A stretch of DNA of 64,000 nucleotides, from the IMG/VR virus record IMGVR_UViG_3300006922_000005; one strand, given 5' to 3'. Positions 62,619 through 64,000 of this stretch are shown piece by piece; the stretch's first letter is position 1, and every line of letters starts with the position of its first letter. The notes beneath the pieces are model-generated. The model made no database searches. It worked only from the letters and a program-made list of their open reading frames with translations, and had not been told where the DNA came from. Made by a program: the position numbers and the translations under genes. Origin of the DNA: a virus (taxonomy: Duplodnaviria > Caudoviricetes).

Positions 62619-63350
62619 CTATTTAGATTGTGCTGGCAAAATGTATTCATAAGTTGCCAAACCACTGTCTACTTGAATTTGCATAGCACCTTGATCTGAG
62701 AACTTCATTACTTTGTCGCCATCTAAACTTAAAATAGCAAGTGTTTGTTGTACTGGCCATGCCCATTCATTTTTAAGTGAACCTGTTACACCTGTAGCAA
62801 AAATAAATTCACCTGCGTGTGTACTAGCATCACCAAACTTGAACTTGATGTCTGTACCATCTGTAAGTACAGTAAACACAGTTTCTTCTGCGTTTGCAGT
62901 TGCCTGCATTTTAAATCTTTGTACACTTGCCATAGTAGGTGAAACTTCTACGTCCCATGCCGCACCTTTAAACTTAACAGTCTTAAGTTTTTCATTAATG
63001 ATTTCTGCGTTCATAAAACGATAATCATTTTTAAAGTCACCTGTTTTGTTTTCAAAGTGTATACCAGTTGGAATCTGTACACCGTTTCTATCTTGACGTA
63101 CAACATCAATAGTTGCTTCGTCTTTATATTCTGGACACTTCAAATGAATGTCTAGTTTGTTTAAGTTTGGCATACCAAACGTACCCTTCATCTCTACTTG
63201 GGCGTTTTTAGTATTTGCCTGCATGATCACAGAGCGATCCTCTGCCATGCTATCGATACCTGTTTGTGCATCATCACCATTGACCTTAACAATGTTAAGA
63301 AAGCCAAGTGCATGTGTATGTGCAACAATGTCTTGTAAAATGTCTTTCAT
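62619..63350 (-). CDS. gp45: Sliding clamp
   Basis: Size, FGMPNL, YRFM, C-terminal YEYILPAQ; directly downstream of the polymerase. Confidence 0.75.
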   Translation of the reverse strand: MKDILQDIVAHTHALGFLNIVKVNGDDAQTGIDSMAEDRSVIMQANTKNAQVEMKGTFGMPNLNKLDIHLKCPEYKDEATIDVVRQDRNGVQIPTGIHFENKTGDFKNDYRFMNAEIINEKLKTVKFKGAAWDVEVSPTMASVQRFKMQATANAEETVFTVLTDGTDIKFKFGDASTHAGEFIFATGVTGSLKNEWAWPVQQTLAILSLDGDKVMKFSDQGAMQIQVDSGLATYEYILPAQSK

Positions 63351-63374
63351 AGTTTTCTCCGTTCCTTATATACT

Positions 63375-63403
63375 ATTATATTTAGAAAATCATTCAAAGT
63401 CAA
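63375..63403 (-). promoter_or_regulatory. Sigma70-type promoter for clamp-dpdA
   Basis: TTGACT-17-TATAAT, with overlapping TAAATA. Confidence 0.75.
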
Positions 63404-64000
63404 ATAAATTATTGAATGTATTCTTCTGTTCGGTTGATTTAATATCCCAATCTAGCACTCCAATTAGATTATCTAACTTTTTATCGATGATTGCAGTTTC
63501 CATTTCGTCATCTTCAAAAGGCAGTTCTTGGAACCATTTTGGTAGTCTTAGTTCGTCCGTTGGGTACGCAACCGAAGTATATCCCATTGGATTTTGTTTT
63601 AGTTTGCAAACAATAACTTTCATACCGTCTACAATCTGCATACTAAATTTGTCACCGTTCATATCTTTTAATGTATTCCAATTAATAGAAGCACGAACGT
63701 GTCCAGGCATGTTTACTTTGCCTAATTTTTTAAGTTTAGCAAGATAGTCTGTTACGTTGTTTGCACGTTTAGGAGAACCTTTCTCCCAACCAGGCCTTGC
63801 TTTAAATTTAGTTCTAAAATCTGTGATCATATCAAGTATTTCAACTTCTTTGCCGTCTGTTAGTACTGCTAACAATACTTCACTTAAAAAGTCTTGCATA
63901 AACACAGGAGTATCAGAACGTTTAAGATCTAACCCCATTGCTTTTACTTTACCAGGCTTACCATCTGTATCTGTTCTAAATCCTTCATTGTCATATATTA
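63390..64000 (-). CDS. gp43: Family B DNA polymerase, C-terminal part (5' end outside window)
   Basis: YDNEG...KVKAMGLDLKRSDTP...PGHVRASINWN...KVIVCKLK. Confidence 0.9.
   Translation of the reverse strand, partial: IYDNEGFRTDTDGKPGKVKAMGLDLKRSDTPVFMQDFLSEVLLAVLTDGKEVEILDMITDFRTKFKARPGWEKGSPKRANNVTDYLAKLKKLGKVNMPGHVRASINWNTLKDMNGDKFSMQIVDGMKVIVCKLKQNPMGYTSVAYPTDELRLPKWFQELPFEDDEMETAIIDKKLDNLIGVLDWDIKSTEQKNTFNNLFDFE

Noticed and set aside
63148-63747. 199-aa ORF spanning the clamp/polymerase junction
   Set aside because: Translation corresponds to the antisense of two real genes; no motifs
1-64000. CRISPR array, tRNA genes, integrase or transposase
   Set aside because: No regularly spaced direct repeats, cloverleafs or recombinase/transposase motifs found by inspection
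1-64000. Stop-codon reassignment
   Set aside because: Long conserved genes (gp46, gp6, 4648-aa ORF, dpdA) are intact in the standard code, and TAG, TGA and TAA all terminate genes sensibly

Overview
64 kb segment of a large, AT-rich, T4-like (myovirus-type) dsDNA bacteriophage genome, probably aquatic; the host cannot be determined from the sequence. It has three blocks. (1) 1-6375, mostly minus strand: hypothetical proteins, a ~490 nt ORF-free structured region, a GIY-YIG endonuclease, gp46/gp47 recombination nuclease and a gp55-like late sigma factor. (2) 6460-40837, plus strand: late baseplate/tail operon with gp53-, gp5-, gp25- and gp6-like proteins, a 4648-aa multidomain wedge-like protein, four paralogous tail fibres and an embedded 2OG-Fe(II) oxygenase. 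(3) 40939-64000, minus strand: early/middle genes with sigma70-type promoters, including thyX, a MoxR AAA + VWA pair split by two nuclease-like genes, RNase H, and a dispersed 7-deazaguanine DNA-modification system (queE, folE, yhhQ, DpdL/QueD-like T-fold protein, DpdA transglycosylase). That system also contains an unexplained glycosyltransferase, a class III aminotransferase and a 171-aa unknown, and sits next to the sliding clamp and DNA polymerase B. Best leads: the extended deazaguanine cluster (possible new guanine hypermodification), the large minus-strand structured RNA behind the GIY-YIG gene, apparent genome-wide avoidance of GCWGC and AGCT, and leaderless late transcripts. No tRNA, rRNA, CRISPR array, integrase or transposase was seen. 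All family assignments come from motif recognition by eye, not database searches.
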